Program-made: the position numbers and the translations under genes
Notes under the pieces: generated by a model
Told to the model about the DNA's origin: nothing
Database searches by the model: none
The model's input: only the letters and a program-made list of their open reading frames with translations
Part shown: positions 10,248-19,332 of the stretch, one piece after another
Layout of the letters: each line of letters opens with the position of its first letter
Position numbering within the stretch: the first letter of the stretch is position 1
Source of the DNA: Bacillus subtilis subsp. subtilis str. 168
GTDB taxonomy: Bacteria; Bacillota; Bacilli; Bacillales; Bacillaceae
Assembly (NCBI RefSeq): GCF_000009045.1
Contig: NC_000964.3
Coordinates: forward strand, 3,060,001-3,092,000
Length of the DNA stretch: 32,000 nucleotides
Reading direction: 5' to 3'

Positions 10248-11403
10248 ATGTAAACAATAAAGAGACAGCGGCCGCTAAAAAACAACAGGCGGCAAACGCA
10301 TAGTGCAGGATGTTGATACAGCTTTTTCTGGCCCGATAATATTCATCACTTTCCTTATCGGTGCCAATTAAAAAAGGGGCATCCATGACCTTGTCAAAAA
10401 TAAGCGTCAGGATATAACGGCAAACCCCTGTGTATACCAGCAGCGCAATCACCTTCAGCCAAATTGGGGAAACAAATATGAGAACAGTGAAAGCTGACAG
10501 TAGCATGTACATCTGCCTTGCATACTCGCCATTCCTCAGCATAACTTTAAAAAACAACTCCTTATAGCCTGTGCAGATCGTTCGTCTTTTAAATATCCTT
10601 TTTGAATTTCGGTATAATAATGGTTTTCTTCTCATCCTGTCTTTTACTTTTGGCATTCCCGCCTCCTGACTCATCATCATCACAAGTCCTGCAAGGGCAA
10701 GCCTGCTTTTTTTCTCTTCAGTCACCTCAGCTTCAAAAGCCGTGAACGAGGCTGTCTTTTTCAAACTGCGGATAACTGAGAAAAACAAAAATAAAATGCC
10801 AAAAAGCGCAAGCAAGTGCCGCTCAGTAAAAACAATCAGGATAGCAGAACCAGCAAAAAGAATAGCTCTGACAAGGGTATCGCCAATCCATCTCGAAATG
10901 GAGCGCGGCTTTCTGATCCTGTCTTGCTTTAAGGATAAAAAGAATATATGAAGGCCAAACAAATAACACAATAGAGCAGTGCTTTCTGCGAATGTGATGA
11001 GAACAGAATGACTGATCAAGGGAAGGACAATGAAAAAGAGAAGCAGCCATTTAGCCAGCGTGGCCAGAAAAGAATACAAAAGCGCATACCGTTTGAGCTG
11101 ATAGATGATTTCCTTCTTTTGCAGCAAAAACACTTTGTCCGCTTCCATTAAAAATGTACGAATCGAACCTGTAAACATGATCAGCACACACACAGCATAC
11201 AGCCATCTCCATTCCGCCACTTCAGACCACTCATAAAGAAGGCCTCTTCCGTTCATCAAATCAATATACTGATAGATGACAAAAGCAATCGCCGGCAAAA
11301 CGATATAGAGAGCGACTGTCCAGTCAATGACCGCATGCAACACTTTAAACTGATACTTATAATAGTCAAACAGCCTTCGAAAAAAGAGCGTACGCCCGTT
11401 CAT
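10246..11403 (-). CDS. ythQ: ABC transporter permease, EcsB-like
   Basis: 385 aa multi-TM protein. Its start overlaps the end of the adjacent ATPase gene (4 bp ATGA junction). Confidence 0.85.
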   Translation of the reverse strand: MNGRTLFFRRLFDYYKYQFKVLHAVIDWTVALYIVLPAIAFVIYQYIDLMNGRGLLYEWSEVAEWRWLYAVCVLIMFTGSIRTFLMEADKVFLLQKKEIIYQLKRYALLYSFLATLAKWLLLFFIVLPLISHSVLITFAESTALLCYLFGLHIFFLSLKQDRIRKPRSISRWIGDTLVRAILFAGSAILIVFTERHLLALFGILFLFFSVIRSLKKTASFTAFEAEVTEEKKSRLALAGLVMMMSQEAGMPKVKDRMRRKPLLYRNSKRIFKRRTICTGYKELFFKVMLRNGEYARQMYMLLSAFTVLIFVSPIWLKVIALLVYTGVCRYILTLIFDKVMDAPFLIGTDKESDEYYRARKSCINILHYAFAACCFLAAAVSLLFT

Positions 11404-12110
11404 AGCCGATCACCTTGAACTGCCTTATAAAAACAGTCAAGCAATGACTGCCCCTCTAATCCGGTCTTGTCCTGAACATCTTTTAACGTGCCTTGGAGAA
11501 ATAATGAACCTTTCTCAATCATATAAAACCGGTCACAGATTTTTTCCGCGGTATCGAGTACATGCGTGCACATAAGAATTCCGGCTCCACGTTCTTTTTC
11601 AGCCTTAAGCATGTCCACAAAGCGTTTCGTCGATATCGGATCAAGGCCGATAAACGGTTCATCAATCACATACATATCCGGCTTAGAGAGAAAGGCCTGG
11701 ATAAGCATTAGTTTTTGCTGCATGCCCTTCGAAAAGGTGACAGGCAGCTCATGTTTGACATGATCTAGCGAAAACGTCTGCAGCAGGCTTTGGGCCCGAT
11801 GCGCAAATTCACTCTCTTCAATGCCGTGAAGTGTGCTGATCAGATCCAAATGCTCCCACAGCGTCAGTTCTTCGTAGAAGGACGGATGCTCCGGAATATA
11901 TGCAAATGAACAGTCGTTCCAGGCAATATGCCCTTTAAAATCTTCTGAAAGGCCGAGTATCGCCTTGATTGCGGTGCTTTTTCCTGCGCCGTTAGCTCCG
12001 ATCAGTCCAACCAGTTCCCCTTTTCTGACTTCCAGAAAAACATCGGTGAGCACTTTTTTTCGGCTTGTATACCCGGCCTGTTCTATTGAAGCTTCAAGCA
12101 AATTTGTCAA
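11400..12110 (-). CDS. ythP: ABC transporter ATP-binding protein, EcsA-like
   Basis: Walker A GANGAGKS; signature-region TFSKGMQQKLMLIQAF; Walker B MYVIDEPF. TTG start with RBS GGAGGTG 10 nt upstream. Confidence 0.92.
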   Translation of the reverse strand: MTNLLEASIEQAGYTSRKKVLTDVFLEVRKGELVGLIGANGAGKSTAIKAILGLSEDFKGHIAWNDCSFAYIPEHPSFYEELTLWEHLDLISTLHGIEESEFAHRAQSLLQTFSLDHVKHELPVTFSKGMQQKLMLIQAFLSKPDMYVIDEPFIGLDPISTKRFVDMLKAEKERGAGILMCTHVLDTAEKICDRFYMIEKGSLFLQGTLKDVQDKTGLEGQSLLDCFYKAVQGDRL

Positions 12111-12400
12111 AACTCACTCACCTCCAAAATTTACTACGAAATAGAATAAAAAAAGTTTCTTTAACCATAATAATATTGAGCCGAAATACATAGTAATCCA
12201 ACAAGGATGGCTGCCCAACGCGAAATTGGAAAAAATTAATAGGAGTTATCCCTAGATTCATCACTGCAATATCGTGTATAATGAGGGCGAATTATTTTAA
12301 CAATTACAGATGTCTGCCTTTGTTGCTATTTCGTACGCAGTTGATAGTCGTGAGTTGTGGTTAGTCAAGTCCATCCGATCTTATGATAGGGAGTGGTTTT

Positions 12401-12622
12401 TTGAAACCTTCAACAAACCGTATGCTAACTCGAATCAAATCAGTTTACATGTTTATTCAAGAAAAAGGTCTTGTGACAACACAGGAACTGGTTGACGAAT
12501 TCGGCATTACACCTAGAACGATTCAAAGAGACTTAAATGTGTTGGCATATAATGATCTTGTTCATAGTCCAAGCCGTGGCAAGTGGGAGACAACGAGAAA
12601 GAAAGTAAAGATTACCTCATAA
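12401..12622 (+). CDS. ytzE: Small DeoR-family HTH protein (DNA-binding domain only)
   Basis: TTG start at 12401 (MKPSTNRMLTRIKSVYMFIQEKGLVTTQELVDEFGITPRTIQRDLNVLAYNDLVHS); GGGAG RBS. Classical DeoR winged-HTH with no effector domain. Confidence 0.8.
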   Translation: MKPSTNRMLTRIKSVYMFIQEKGLVTTQELVDEFGITPRTIQRDLNVLAYNDLVHSPSRGKWETTRKKVKITS

Positions 12623-12711
12623 ATTGAAAATTACATAGGGCCGCCTGAGAGCGGTCCGATAGATAACAGGGCGAAGAAACTACTGAGCCTTGTTTTTGTG
12701 TGCTTATAAAT

Positions 12712-12740
12712 AAAACCCCGCATTCGGTATGCGGGGTTTT
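12712..12740. terminator. Bidirectional terminator between ytzE and rsuB
   Basis: Stem AAAACCCCGCAT-TCGGT-ATGCGGGGTTTT followed by T. Confidence 0.9.
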
Positions 12741-12742
12741 TG

Positions 12743-13462
12743 TCATGCTTGCGGCTCATTTAGCAAATGAAGCTCTTCCTCTGTCAGCTCACGGTATTCT
12801 CCGGGTGCCAGAGCGGGATCTAGGGAAACGCGTCCCATCGAAAGCCGCTTCAGATAAACCACTTCATTGCCGACTGCCTTTGCCATTTGCTTGACCTGAT
12901 GGTATTTTCCTTCTGTAATTGTCAGATATATAACGGTATTGCCACTGTCGTTTGTTTTGATTTCCGCTTTTGCCGGCTTTGTTTTATAGCCGCCCTCTAT
13001 GTAGACACCCGTTTCCAAATCGGAAATGTCTTCCCGAGAAATCTGTGATTTTAAATGGACTTCATACGTTTTTGGAACATGCTTTTTAGGAGAAAGGAGC
13101 CGATGTGCGAGCTGGCCGTCATTTGTGAGCAGCAAAAAGCCCTCTGTATCTTTATCAAGCCTGCCGGCTGGAAATGGCTCAAATCTCATCTCCTCCGGCG
13201 TCAGCAGATCGACCACTGTTTGCTGCCGGCTGTCCTCAGTCGCCGACAGCACGCCCTGCGGTTTATTCATCATAAGATAAATGAACTCTCGATAATCAAC
13301 CGGTTCCCCGTATACGGTCACCTCCTGCGTATCAGGATCAACGTGCTCCTTTACATCTTTGGCAGGTTTGCCGTCGATCATCACGGCTCCAGCCTTCACA
13401 ACGGCTTTGACTTCTTTTCTGGAACCATACCCGCTGTTGGCAAGCAGCTTATCAAGTCTCAT
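12743..13462 (-). CDS. rsuB: 16S rRNA pseudouridine synthase, RsuA/RluB family
   Basis: MRLDKLLANSGYGSRKEVKAVVKAGAVMIDG (S4-like domain), GRLDKDTEGFLLLTNDG (catalytic motif), KYHQVKQMAKAVGNEV. RBS AAAGGAGAGA. Also called ytzG. Confidence 0.9.
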   Translation of the reverse strand: MRLDKLLANSGYGSRKEVKAVVKAGAVMIDGKPAKDVKEHVDPDTQEVTVYGEPVDYREFIYLMMNKPQGVLSATEDSRQQTVVDLLTPEEMRFEPFPAGRLDKDTEGFLLLTNDGQLAHRLLSPKKHVPKTYEVHLKSQISREDISDLETGVYIEGGYKTKPAKAEIKTNDSGNTVIYLTITEGKYHQVKQMAKAVGNEVVYLKRLSMGRVSLDPALAPGEYRELTEEELHLLNEPQA

Positions 13463-13530
13463 TCCCAATCTCTCCTTTATAAAAGAAAGCCCGCAGCATG
13501 CGAGCCCTCAGTTTCATCATATCTAGTTCA

Positions 13531-15165
13531 TCAGCCTGCATGTCTGCCTTTCCTAAAGAAACCTGGCAAACGGCGGCCTAAAATTTTCTGCAAAAATCCT
13601 AATCGGTAGCCGCAATACAGGTAGACAGCTCCGCCAACAGCGGCCGCGATCACCACAACAATCGCAGCTTGCATCTGGCCATCCTGATAGGAAATAAAGA
13701 AGCCTAATACCCACTGCACGATTTTCACGGCAATACCCATAATGGCTGATAAGACCAGCATCAAAACAGTTCGTTTAACAAGTATCTTATACGAATAGCC
13801 TGCATGGCGCTTAATCATGATAAACCCATATAAAAGGGAAGCGATATATCCAAGCGCCGTCGCTAAAATCGCTCCGTCAGCCTGCATCAGCTTGATCAGC
13901 GGAACATTCAGCACAAGCTTGATCACGACACCGATCACAAGGCTGACAACCGCAAATTTTTGCTTATTGATGCCCTGCAGAATAGCTGCGTTGACTGTAA
14001 ACAAAGAGAACAGAATTGCGACAGGCGAATACCAAAGCAAAATGTTTGCCCCCAGTTCAGGATGAAGGCTCTCTGACCCGTAAAAGAACGTATACGTCGG
14101 TCCTGACAATAGAGAGATCCCGACAACAGCCGGAATAATTAAAAACAGGATCGTCTGCATCGTTTGATTAATCTGCTGATTTAACAGCTTATAGTTTCCG
14201 CTTGTAAACGATTCAGTAATCGTTGGAATTAATGTCAGTCCAAAAGCAGTTGCTAGGGAAACCGGGATCATCACGAGCTTCTGAACATACAGGGTTAGAA
14301 TCGCAAGCATGTCCTGGCTGATGGCTTGATGACCGGCTTCAATCATCGCTTTGTTAAACGTATTTGTATCAATATAGTTATACAAAGGGATGGCTAGTCC
14401 GACAAAAACGTACGGAGCAGCATAGCTGAACAGCTCGAAAAACATTTTCTTGTAGCTTAGGTTTGCTGTCGGACCCGTATTCGGCATCATCGCCAGCAGG
14501 CTGCCCTTCCGTTTGTTCCAATAAATATAAAGCACGACCAGCCCTCCGAAGGCACCGATCAGCGCTGCGAAGGTTGCATAGCCCACAGCGATGACAAGGC
14601 CGCCGTTGAAAACCTTCAAAATCAAGAATGTCGCACTCAATAGAAAGATGATGCGGACAATCTGTTCAACGACTTGGGAAACAGCTGTCGGACCCATCAT
14701 TTGGTGCCCTTGAAAGAATCCGCGGACAAGGCTCATAATCGGTACGACCAAAAGCGCTAAGCTGACCATGCGGATGACATAAACGACATGATCAATTGTC
14801 AGGCCGTTATTATCCTTGCCTCCCAGCGATATTTCCGCAAACATCGGAGCCGATAGATACAGAATGAAAAAGGCTATCATTCCTGTGACTAGCATAACCG
14901 ACATGCCCGCCTTGAGCATTTTCCTGCTTGTCTCATAATCCCCTTTTGAATTATATTTGGAAACAAATTTAGAAACAGCGGCCGGAAAGCCCATCGTAGC
15001 AATATTCAAAAATAAAGTGTATTGGTTGTATCCGTATTGAAATAATGCACCGCCTGTCGCCCCGACCATAATGCTGAAGGGAATTAAATAGACCATCCCC
15101 AGAATCCGCGATATATATGTACCGAGCGTTAATACAAACGTGCCTCTTAACAGTTTGCTTGACAT
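13531..15165 (-). CDS. ytgP: MOP-family (polysaccharide/lipid II) flippase
   Basis: 544 aa, about 14 TM segments; GTFVLTLGTYISRILGMVYLIPF and MSLVRGFFQGHQMMGPTAVSQVVEQIVRI are typical of the SpoVB/YtgP group. YtgP is described in the literature as the B. subtilis lipid II flippase (MurJ). Confidence 0.92.
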   Translation of the reverse strand: MSSKLLRGTFVLTLGTYISRILGMVYLIPFSIMVGATGGALFQYGYNQYTLFLNIATMGFPAAVSKFVSKYNSKGDYETSRKMLKAGMSVMLVTGMIAFFILYLSAPMFAEISLGGKDNNGLTIDHVVYVIRMVSLALLVVPIMSLVRGFFQGHQMMGPTAVSQVVEQIVRIIFLLSATFLILKVFNGGLVIAVGYATFAALIGAFGGLVVLYIYWNKRKGSLLAMMPNTGPTANLSYKKMFFELFSYAAPYVFVGLAIPLYNYIDTNTFNKAMIEAGHQAISQDMLAILTLYVQKLVMIPVSLATAFGLTLIPTITESFTSGNYKLLNQQINQTMQTILFLIIPAVVGISLLSGPTYTFFYGSESLHPELGANILLWYSPVAILFSLFTVNAAILQGINKQKFAVVSLVIGVVIKLVLNVPLIKLMQADGAILATALGYIASLLYGFIMIKRHAGYSYKILVKRTVLMLVLSAIMGIAVKIVQWVLGFFISYQDGQMQAAIVVVIAAAVGGAVYLYCGYRLGFLQKILGRRLPGFFRKGRHAG

Positions 15166-15284
15166 GTTTCTTCATCACCATTTTCTACGAAGATTCAACT
15201 TTTCTATTTTACCACAACTGGGCATTTAGACGGTAATAAATACAAAAGCAATCCTGTGAACATTCATGTCCGCGGCAAAAGACG

Positions 15285-15313
15285 TTTAAGGAGCGGCTTT
15301 CTTTCGCTATAAT
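15285..15313 (+). promoter_or_regulatory. Candidate SigA promoter for ytfP
   Basis: TTTAAG, 17 nt, TATAAT (15308-15313), located 54 bp upstream of the likely start codon. The -35 is weak. Confidence 0.45.
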
Positions 15314-15366
15314 AGTACTGCGGACGGGTGTCCGCACACGAAATGAAAAGAAAGTTGATGATAAAG

Positions 15367-16629
15367 ATGAAACAATATGACGTAATCGTAATCGGCGGAG
15401 GCCCTTCAGGCTTGATGGCTGCGATTGCAGCAGGAGAACAGGGCGCTGGCGTGTTGCTGATAGATAAAGGAAATAAATTAGGACGGAAACTCGCGATTTC
15501 CGGGGGCGGCCGCTGCAATGTGACGAACCGCCTTCCTGTGGAAGAAATTATCAAGCACATCCCCGGCAACGGGCGTTTTTTATACAGCGCGTTTTCTGAA
15601 TTTAATAATGAGGACATTATCAAGTTTTTTGAAAACCTCGGCATTCAATTGAAGGAAGAGGATCACGGCCGGATGTTTCCTGTGACCGACAAAGCCCAAA
15701 GTGTCGTTGACGCGCTGTTAAACAGGCTAAAGCAGCTCCGCGTAACAATCAGAACGAACGAGAAAATTAAATCTGTTTTATATGAAGATGGACAGGCAGC
15801 AGGGATTGTGACGAATAATGGCGAAATGATCCATAGCCAGGCAGTCATTATTGCTGTCGGCGGTAAAAGCGTGCCTCATACCGGAAGCACGGGAGACGGC
15901 TATGAATGGGCTGAAGCCGCGGGCCATACCATAACAGAGCTGTTTCCGACAGAGGTTCCCGTCACTTCTGGCGAACCGTTCATTAAGCAAAAAACACTTC
16001 AGGGCTTATCACTAAGAGATGTAGCCGTCAGTGTGTTAAATAAAAAAGGCAAACCGATTATCACACATAAAATGGACATGCTGTTTACCCATTTCGGCCT
16101 CTCAGGACCTGCCATTCTCAGATGCAGCCAATTTGTCGTAAAAGAGCTGAAAAAACAGCCTCAAGTGCCGATCAGAATCGACTTGTATCCGGATATCAAT
16201 GAAGAAACGCTTTTCCAAAAGATGTATAAAGAACTGAAGGAAGCACCGAAAAAAACCATTAAAAACGTGCTGAAGCCTTGGATGCAGGAGCGCTATCTCC
16301 TATTCCTGCTCGAAAAAAACGGCATCTCTCCGAACGTATCGTTTTCTGAGCTGCCGAAGGATCCTTTCAGACAATTTGTAAGGGACTGCAAGCAGTTTAC
16401 TGTCCTCGCAAATGGCACACTGTCGCTTGATAAGGCATTTGTCACGGGAGGCGGGGTATCTGTAAAAGAAATTGACCCGAAAAAGATGGCTTCTAAAAAA
16501 ATGGAGGGGCTTTATTTTTGCGGTGAAATTCTGGATATCCACGGCTACACAGGCGGATACAATATTACCTCCGCCCTTGTCACAGGCAGGCTTGCAGGGC
16601 TAAATGCCGGGCAATACGCCCGTTCTTAA
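15367..16629 (+). CDS. ytfP: BaiN/HI0933-type NAD(P)/FAD-dependent flavoprotein
   Basis: [54 protein letters not shown], then [27 protein letters not shown]. Upstream in-frame starts exist at 15328. Confidence 0.9.
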
Positions 16630-16704
16630 TCATTACTCTTTAAATCTCTTGCCGCCAAACTCACATTTGAACATTCCCCGCATTCATGTTAGGGTGAGAC
16701 TTGT

Positions 16705-16731
16705 TTTGTTTCACCTGATTGCGGGGTAATT
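16705..16731 (+). promoter_or_regulatory. Candidate SigB promoter for opuD
   Basis: GTTTTG (16705-16710), 15 nt, GGGTAA (16726-16731); SigB consensus is approximately GTTTAA-N12-15-GGGTAT. Confidence 0.45.
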
Positions 16732-16817
16732 TTAAGAGAGGAATGAGCTGCCATCGTACGACCATACTAAGCCTGCGAGCAAGATATAGGCGTACACAAA
16801 AAATTAGAGGGTGAGAA

Positions 16818-18356
16818 ATGTTGAAACATATATCTAGTGTATTTTGGATTGTGATTGCAATCACAGCTGCAGCTGTATTATGGGGTGTTATTTCTCCTGA
16901 CAGCCTGCAAAATGTGTCTCAATCGGCACAAGCATTTATTACCGATTCATTTGGTTGGTATTATCTTTTAGTTGTCTCTTTGTTTGTCGGGTTTTGTCTC
17001 TTTTTGATTTTCAGCCCGATCGGAAAAATCAAACTCGGAAAGCCTGATGAAAAACCGGAATTCGGGTTATTATCATGGTTTGCCATGCTGTTCAGCGCAG
17101 GCATGGGAATCGGCTTAGTATTCTACGGTGCGGCTGAACCGATCAGCCATTACGCAATTAGCTCTCCATCAGGTGAAACAGAAACCCCCCAAGCCTTCAG
17201 AGATGCACTCCGCTATACGTTTTTCCACTGGGGTTTGCACGCTTGGGCCATTTATGCCATTGTGGCATTATGCATTGCCTATTTCCAATTCCGCAAAGGC
17301 GCACCCGGGTTAATCAGCAGCACACTGTCACCGATTCTCGGGGATAAAGTAAACGGACCGATCGGAAAGGCCATTGACTGTATTGCAGTTTTCGCCACTG
17401 TTGTCGGGGTGTCAACAAGTCTTGGTCTTGGCGCAACCCAAATTAACGGCGGTTTGAATTACCTGTTCGGCATTCCGAATGCGTTTATCGTCCAATTGGT
17501 TTTAATCATTATTGTGACAGTGCTCTTTTTACTTTCTGCGTGGAGCGGACTCGGAAAAGGAATTAAGTATTTAAGCAACACAAACATGGTATTGGCCGGA
17601 TTGTTAATGTTGTTTATGCTCGTTGTCGGGCCTACAGTGCTGATAATGAACTCATTTACAGATTCTATCGGACAATACATTCAAAATATCGTTCAAATGA
17701 GCTTCAGACTGACACCGAACGATCCTGAAAAACGCGAATGGATTAACAGCTGGACGATTTTCTATTGGGCATGGTGGATTTCCTGGTCTCCATTTGTCGG
17801 CATTTTCATCGCCCGTGTATCCAGAGGCCGGACGATCCGCGAATTTTTAATCGGCGTCTTGGTGACACCTTGTATTTTGACATTTCTATGGTTCTCCATT
17901 TTCGGCGTATCAGCCATGGATCTCCAGCAAAAAGGCGCGTTCAATGTAGCAAAGCTGTCCACTGAAACGATGCTGTTCGGAACACTTGATCACTATCCGC
18001 TGACAATGGTGACATCGATCCTTGCATTGATTCTGATCGCAGTATTCTTTATCACGTCAGCTGATTCAGCTACATTCGTGCTGGGCATGCAGACGTCGTA
18101 CGGTTCTTTAAATCCGGCGAATTCTGTGAAACTCAGCTGGGGTATCATTCAGTCCGCCATGGCGGCTGTGCTCCTATATTCCGGAGGGCTTGCCGCTTTG
18201 CAGAACACAGCGATTCTGGCAGCGCTGCCGTTTTCTATCGTTATCCTGCTGATGATTGCCTCTCTCTATCAATCGCTCTCAAAAGAAAGAAGAGAGATCA
18301 AAAAAGCGGAGAAACTCGATAAACCAAGAAGTCCAAGAGTGAAAAAAGCATATTAA
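16818..18356 (+). CDS. opuD: Glycine betaine transporter, BCCT family
   Basis: BCCT motifs: [73 protein letters not shown]. Confidence 0.96.
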   Translation: MLKHISSVFWIVIAITAAAVLWGVISPDSLQNVSQSAQAFITDSFGWYYLLVVSLFVGFCLFLIFSPIGKIKLGKPDEKPEFGLLSWFAMLFSAGMGIGLVFYGAAEPISHYAISSPSGETETPQAFRDALRYTFFHWGLHAWAIYAIVALCIAYFQFRKGAPGLISSTLSPILGDKVNGPIGKAIDCIAVFATVVGVSTSLGLGATQINGGLNYLFGIPNAFIVQLVLIIIVTVLFLLSAWSGLGKGIKYLSNTNMVLAGLLMLFMLVVGPTVLIMNSFTDSIGQYIQNIVQMSFRLTPNDPEKREWINSWTIFYWAWWISWSPFVGIFIARVSRGRTIREFLIGVLVTPCILTFLWFSIFGVSAMDLQQKGAFNVAKLSTETMLFGTLDHYPLTMVTSILALILIAVFFITSADSATFVLGMQTSYGSLNPANSVKLSWGIIQSAMAAVLLYSGGLAALQNTAILAALPFSIVILLMIASLYQSLSKERREIKKAEKLDKPRSPRVKKAY

Positions 18357-18358
18357 CA

Positions 18359-18394
18359 AAAAAGATCTTTCCGCGCCTGCGGAAAGATCTTTTT
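18359..18394. terminator. Bidirectional terminator between opuD and cse60
   Basis: Perfect stem AAAAAGATCTTTCCGC-GCCT-GCGGAAAGATCTTTTT. It overlaps the cse60 stop codon. Confidence 0.92.
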
Positions 18395-18575
18395 ATTTGC
18401 GATATAAAATAAGGGCGGAAAAACAGTAAAGCTGCTCGCCGTCTGGGTCGCACGCCGCCGAAACCGTATATTTGATATCTATCAGCTGCTCCTCCGATAT
18501 CCCTTTTAAAAATGAATTGATTTCCGTTTGTAAGTCTTTTTCATGCTCTTCATCAAATACCGCTACCTTCAGCAT
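18393..18575 (-). CDS. cse60: Sporulation protein Cse60 (YteV), 60 aa
   Basis: 60 aa ORF MLKVAVFDEEHEKDLQTEINSFLKGISEEQLIDIKYTVSAACDPDGEQLYCFSALILYRK, preceded by AAAGGAGAG. Confidence 0.85.
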   Translation of the reverse strand: MLKVAVFDEEHEKDLQTEINSFLKGISEEQLIDIKYTVSAACDPDGEQLYCFSALILYRK

Positions 18576-18619
18576 TTTATCCGCTCTCCTTTCTCTATCA
18601 ATCTATTCCGTTTGGAACA

Positions 18620-18647
18620 GCGTTATGATAGAGAAATGATGATTATC
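18620..18647 (-). promoter_or_regulatory. Candidate SigE promoter for cse60
   Basis: On the - strand: GATAAT-N14-CATAACGC; SigE -10 consensus is approximately CATACANT with 14-15 nt spacing. Confidence 0.4.
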
Positions 18648-19311
18648 TCGTTTCCGGATAAAAAGCTTTCCGTATATGGGATTTCCTCTGTGGCTCGCCG
18701 CCGTGCTGCTCCACTTTCAGCAGCACGGCATAAACAATGCGCATATGGCAGTAGCTGATAAGGCTGACGCTGAAAAAAGGGACAATGCCCGGCAGGTACG
18801 CAAGCAAGAAAAAGAGAGCAACAGTCAGCGCAAGCATAGTAAGCGTATATTGCAAATACGCCACACTGAGCAAGAGCGAAAATTTCACATACAGACGTTT
18901 TTTCCAGTCAAAATGGACAAGCAGCGGAAACACATAAAAAAGCATGGATACGAACAAAAAGCCAAATATCATAATGGCGAAGCGCAGGATGTGCAGAAGG
19001 AAATGACTTGGATAAATTAAGGCCAAATCAATATAAATGATCACTCCGATGAGCGCCAGTACAGCGCCGAGCAGATTTGAACGAAAAAATTCACCCTTGT
19101 ATTCCTGCCAAAACGTTTTGAGCACCGGAACGTTGTCCTGCCCCTGGATCCACTTCCGCATGACAGCGAATAAAGCCGCGGTCGCGGGCATGATGCCAAA
19201 CACGCCGAGACCGAGCAACGTAAAAAACAGCCACAGCAAGTTTGTATACGCAAATCTCATAATCCATTCGCAAAAACGCAGCATCCGTCCCAGTGAGCCA
19301 TCATGTTCCAT
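18643..19311 (-). CDS. yteU: DUF624 family membrane protein (YesL-like), about 5 TM segments
   Basis: ILGLGVFGIMPATAALFAVMRKWIQG, typical of DUF624 proteins found beside carbohydrate ABC transporters. GGAGGGGG RBS. Confidence 0.83.
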   Translation of the reverse strand: MEHDGSLGRMLRFCEWIMRFAYTNLLWLFFTLLGLGVFGIMPATAALFAVMRKWIQGQDNVPVLKTFWQEYKGEFFRSNLLGAVLALIGVIIYIDLALIYPSHFLLHILRFAIMIFGFLFVSMLFYVFPLLVHFDWKKRLYVKFSLLLSVAYLQYTLTMLALTVALFFLLAYLPGIVPFFSVSLISYCHMRIVYAVLLKVEQHGGEPQRKSHIRKAFYPETR

Positions 19312-19332
19312 GGCGCCCCCTCCTTTTTTGCA

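Noticed and set aside
12631-12665. GGGCCGC-CTGAGA-GCGGTCC hairpin after ytzE as a terminator
   Set aside because: The stem is plausible but lacks a U tract. The nearby hairpin at 12712-12740 is a much better terminator.
13055-13609. 184 aa + ORF opposite rsuB
   Set aside because: Fully antisense to a well-supported pseudouridine synthase gene and its 5' flank; low-complexity composition and no family motif.
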